Translations under genes and position numbers: made by a program
Shown here: piece by piece, positions 62,691 to 64,000 of the stretch
Layout: every line of letters begins with the position of its first letter
Position numbering within the stretch: the first letter of the stretch is position 1
The notes under the pieces: model-generated
What the model was told of the DNA's origin: nothing
What the model saw: only the letters and a program-made list of their open reading frames with translations
Database searches by the model: none
NCBI GenBank assembly: GCA_015680685.1
Contig: MNCI01001919.1
Coordinates: forward strand, 129,437-193,436
Source: Gnetum montanum
Taxonomy: Eukaryota > Plantae > Gnetophyta
Direction: 5' to 3'
Length of the DNA: 64,000 nt

Positions 62691-64000
62691 ATCTCACTCA
62701 TTCTCAATCATCTAAAGTTTGGTTTGAAGCTATTAAAAAGCTTTATCTCTAGTGAGTTCATAGTTGAGGAGAGCTAGATTAGCAATTTGGGCCCTTAATT
62801 GGGAAACTTTTGTTGCCAAGCATTAAAAATTCACTTAAGCTACTTCAAGTTGCCCCTCCAAGATGAGACACTTGCCCCTCTGTTGAGAGTAGCTCTGACT
62901 GGGTTGTAGTAATATTATCTAGAAGATCAAAGACATCTAGAAGCAGTTGCCCGGTTCCCATTAGTTGGTCTAACAATTCTTCATGTTGGGCTACATTGAT
63001 CTTGCTATGTGAAGCTCCTACAGATCTTTGTACATCTTCAAGTCCATGTACATTTGGTACAGACATCATTGGTGCATTAAGGGTCATAGCAATCGTATCA
63101 GCAACCACTTTAGCTACAAATTCTTATCCTTGGTGCTGCATCACTAGGATAGTCACCCCCTCTCCATCCTCCAAGCATACCAAAAAGTAGCGGCATTTCC
63201 TAAAATTTTAGGAAATAATTGTTGGGTGGAGACCATTACTTCTTAGACACTAGGATCAGTTCTTGTAGGTGTTTGTGTCTGGGTGATAGAAAACATTCGC
63301 CCTACTCCCTCTAGTAGACTCACCAAACAAGCCACTTGCTCTAGATGGCTCATCATAGGGCAATAGACTAAAGGGTCTTCGCCTCCACTAGTTCCTATCA
63401 ATTGCTCTTATTAGCTCAAGAGTGATTGTCAGATTTTGCGTATGTGTTCTATGATTGTCTATGAGCCTGACCTTGTTGTTTGCATAGGTAGTGGAGGTGG
63501 TTGCTAATCTTCCTCGAGTCGTGTGGTGGCTAGATCTTCTCCTTCATCATCTTCCACCATGAGGTAATCAGGGCATGCCGAAGTGTGTTATTGGTGTATC
63601 GGGCTATCCCTATTTGTTTGCATAATTTCCTGTTTAAGAAAGGAAAGGGTAGAGCCCACCTTCCATGTTCTCTTTTAGTGAATATTTTCTCAATCTCCAG
63701 AAACAACAATTTTGGAAGGCTAATTGGGAATTTTCTACTTAGAGTGACACATGCACGAGCAGAGAAGGCAGTGATCTTGCTAGGTCTTACAGTTGGATTC
63801 AAATGGTAAGACAAAATTTTCAAATATACCCTTTCTATGATGGTTAAAGTGTCAAACTCCTTGCGATATATCCCATAGCATCACTTGATCCACTCCCCTT
63901 TTACCTCAAGATCCACTTTCTTAGGGATCTCCATCACATCAGCTTTGGTCTTTGGAAACCCCAAAGCTTGTGAAATTACTTCTGTAGAGTAAGAGACATA
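62691..64000 (-). pseudogene. Second copy of the env-like accessory ORF (uninterrupted across the element A insertion point)
   Basis: YHLNPTVRPSKIT...FPISL...FLEI...LPFPFLNRKLC...TNNTLRH and LLDVFDLL blocks are colinear with 7960-8373 plus 26008-26900. Confidence 0.78.

Overview
This window is heterochromatin-like, nested transposon DNA from a land-plant genome. It shows heavy CpG/CpHpG deamination and has no intact host gene. The core is two full-length, related Ty3/Gypsy Tat-clade LTR retrotransposons with domain order RT-RH-aRH-INT and a tRNA-Asn PBS. Element A spans 8374-26002 (TSD AAAAG/AATAG, older). Element B spans 27414-43745 (perfect TSD GAGAT, younger). Both inserted into one older env-like accessory ORF, whose pieces at 7520-8373, 26008-27408 and 43751-44331 can be rejoined; a paralog lies at 62691-64000 on the minus strand. 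A third Tat relative (D) occupies 1-5331 on the minus strand. The right part holds a Tekay-like pol relic, an Athila-type gag-protease with a tRNA-Asp PBS, and a decayed CACTA element. The most unusual feature is the shared layout of A and B. Gag-protease ends in a stop. Pol restarts 4-5 kb later at its own ATG, just behind a splice-acceptor-like site. The spacer carries a multi-intron antisense gene, and in A its first coding exon resembles an FCP1/NIF (UBLCP1-like) HAD phosphatase domain that lacks the catalytic aspartates. Arrays of a short hairpin-like repeat and family-specific CpG hexamers sit in the non-coding parts, suggesting a trans-acting protein plus cis-site system. All domain calls were made by eye, with no database searches.
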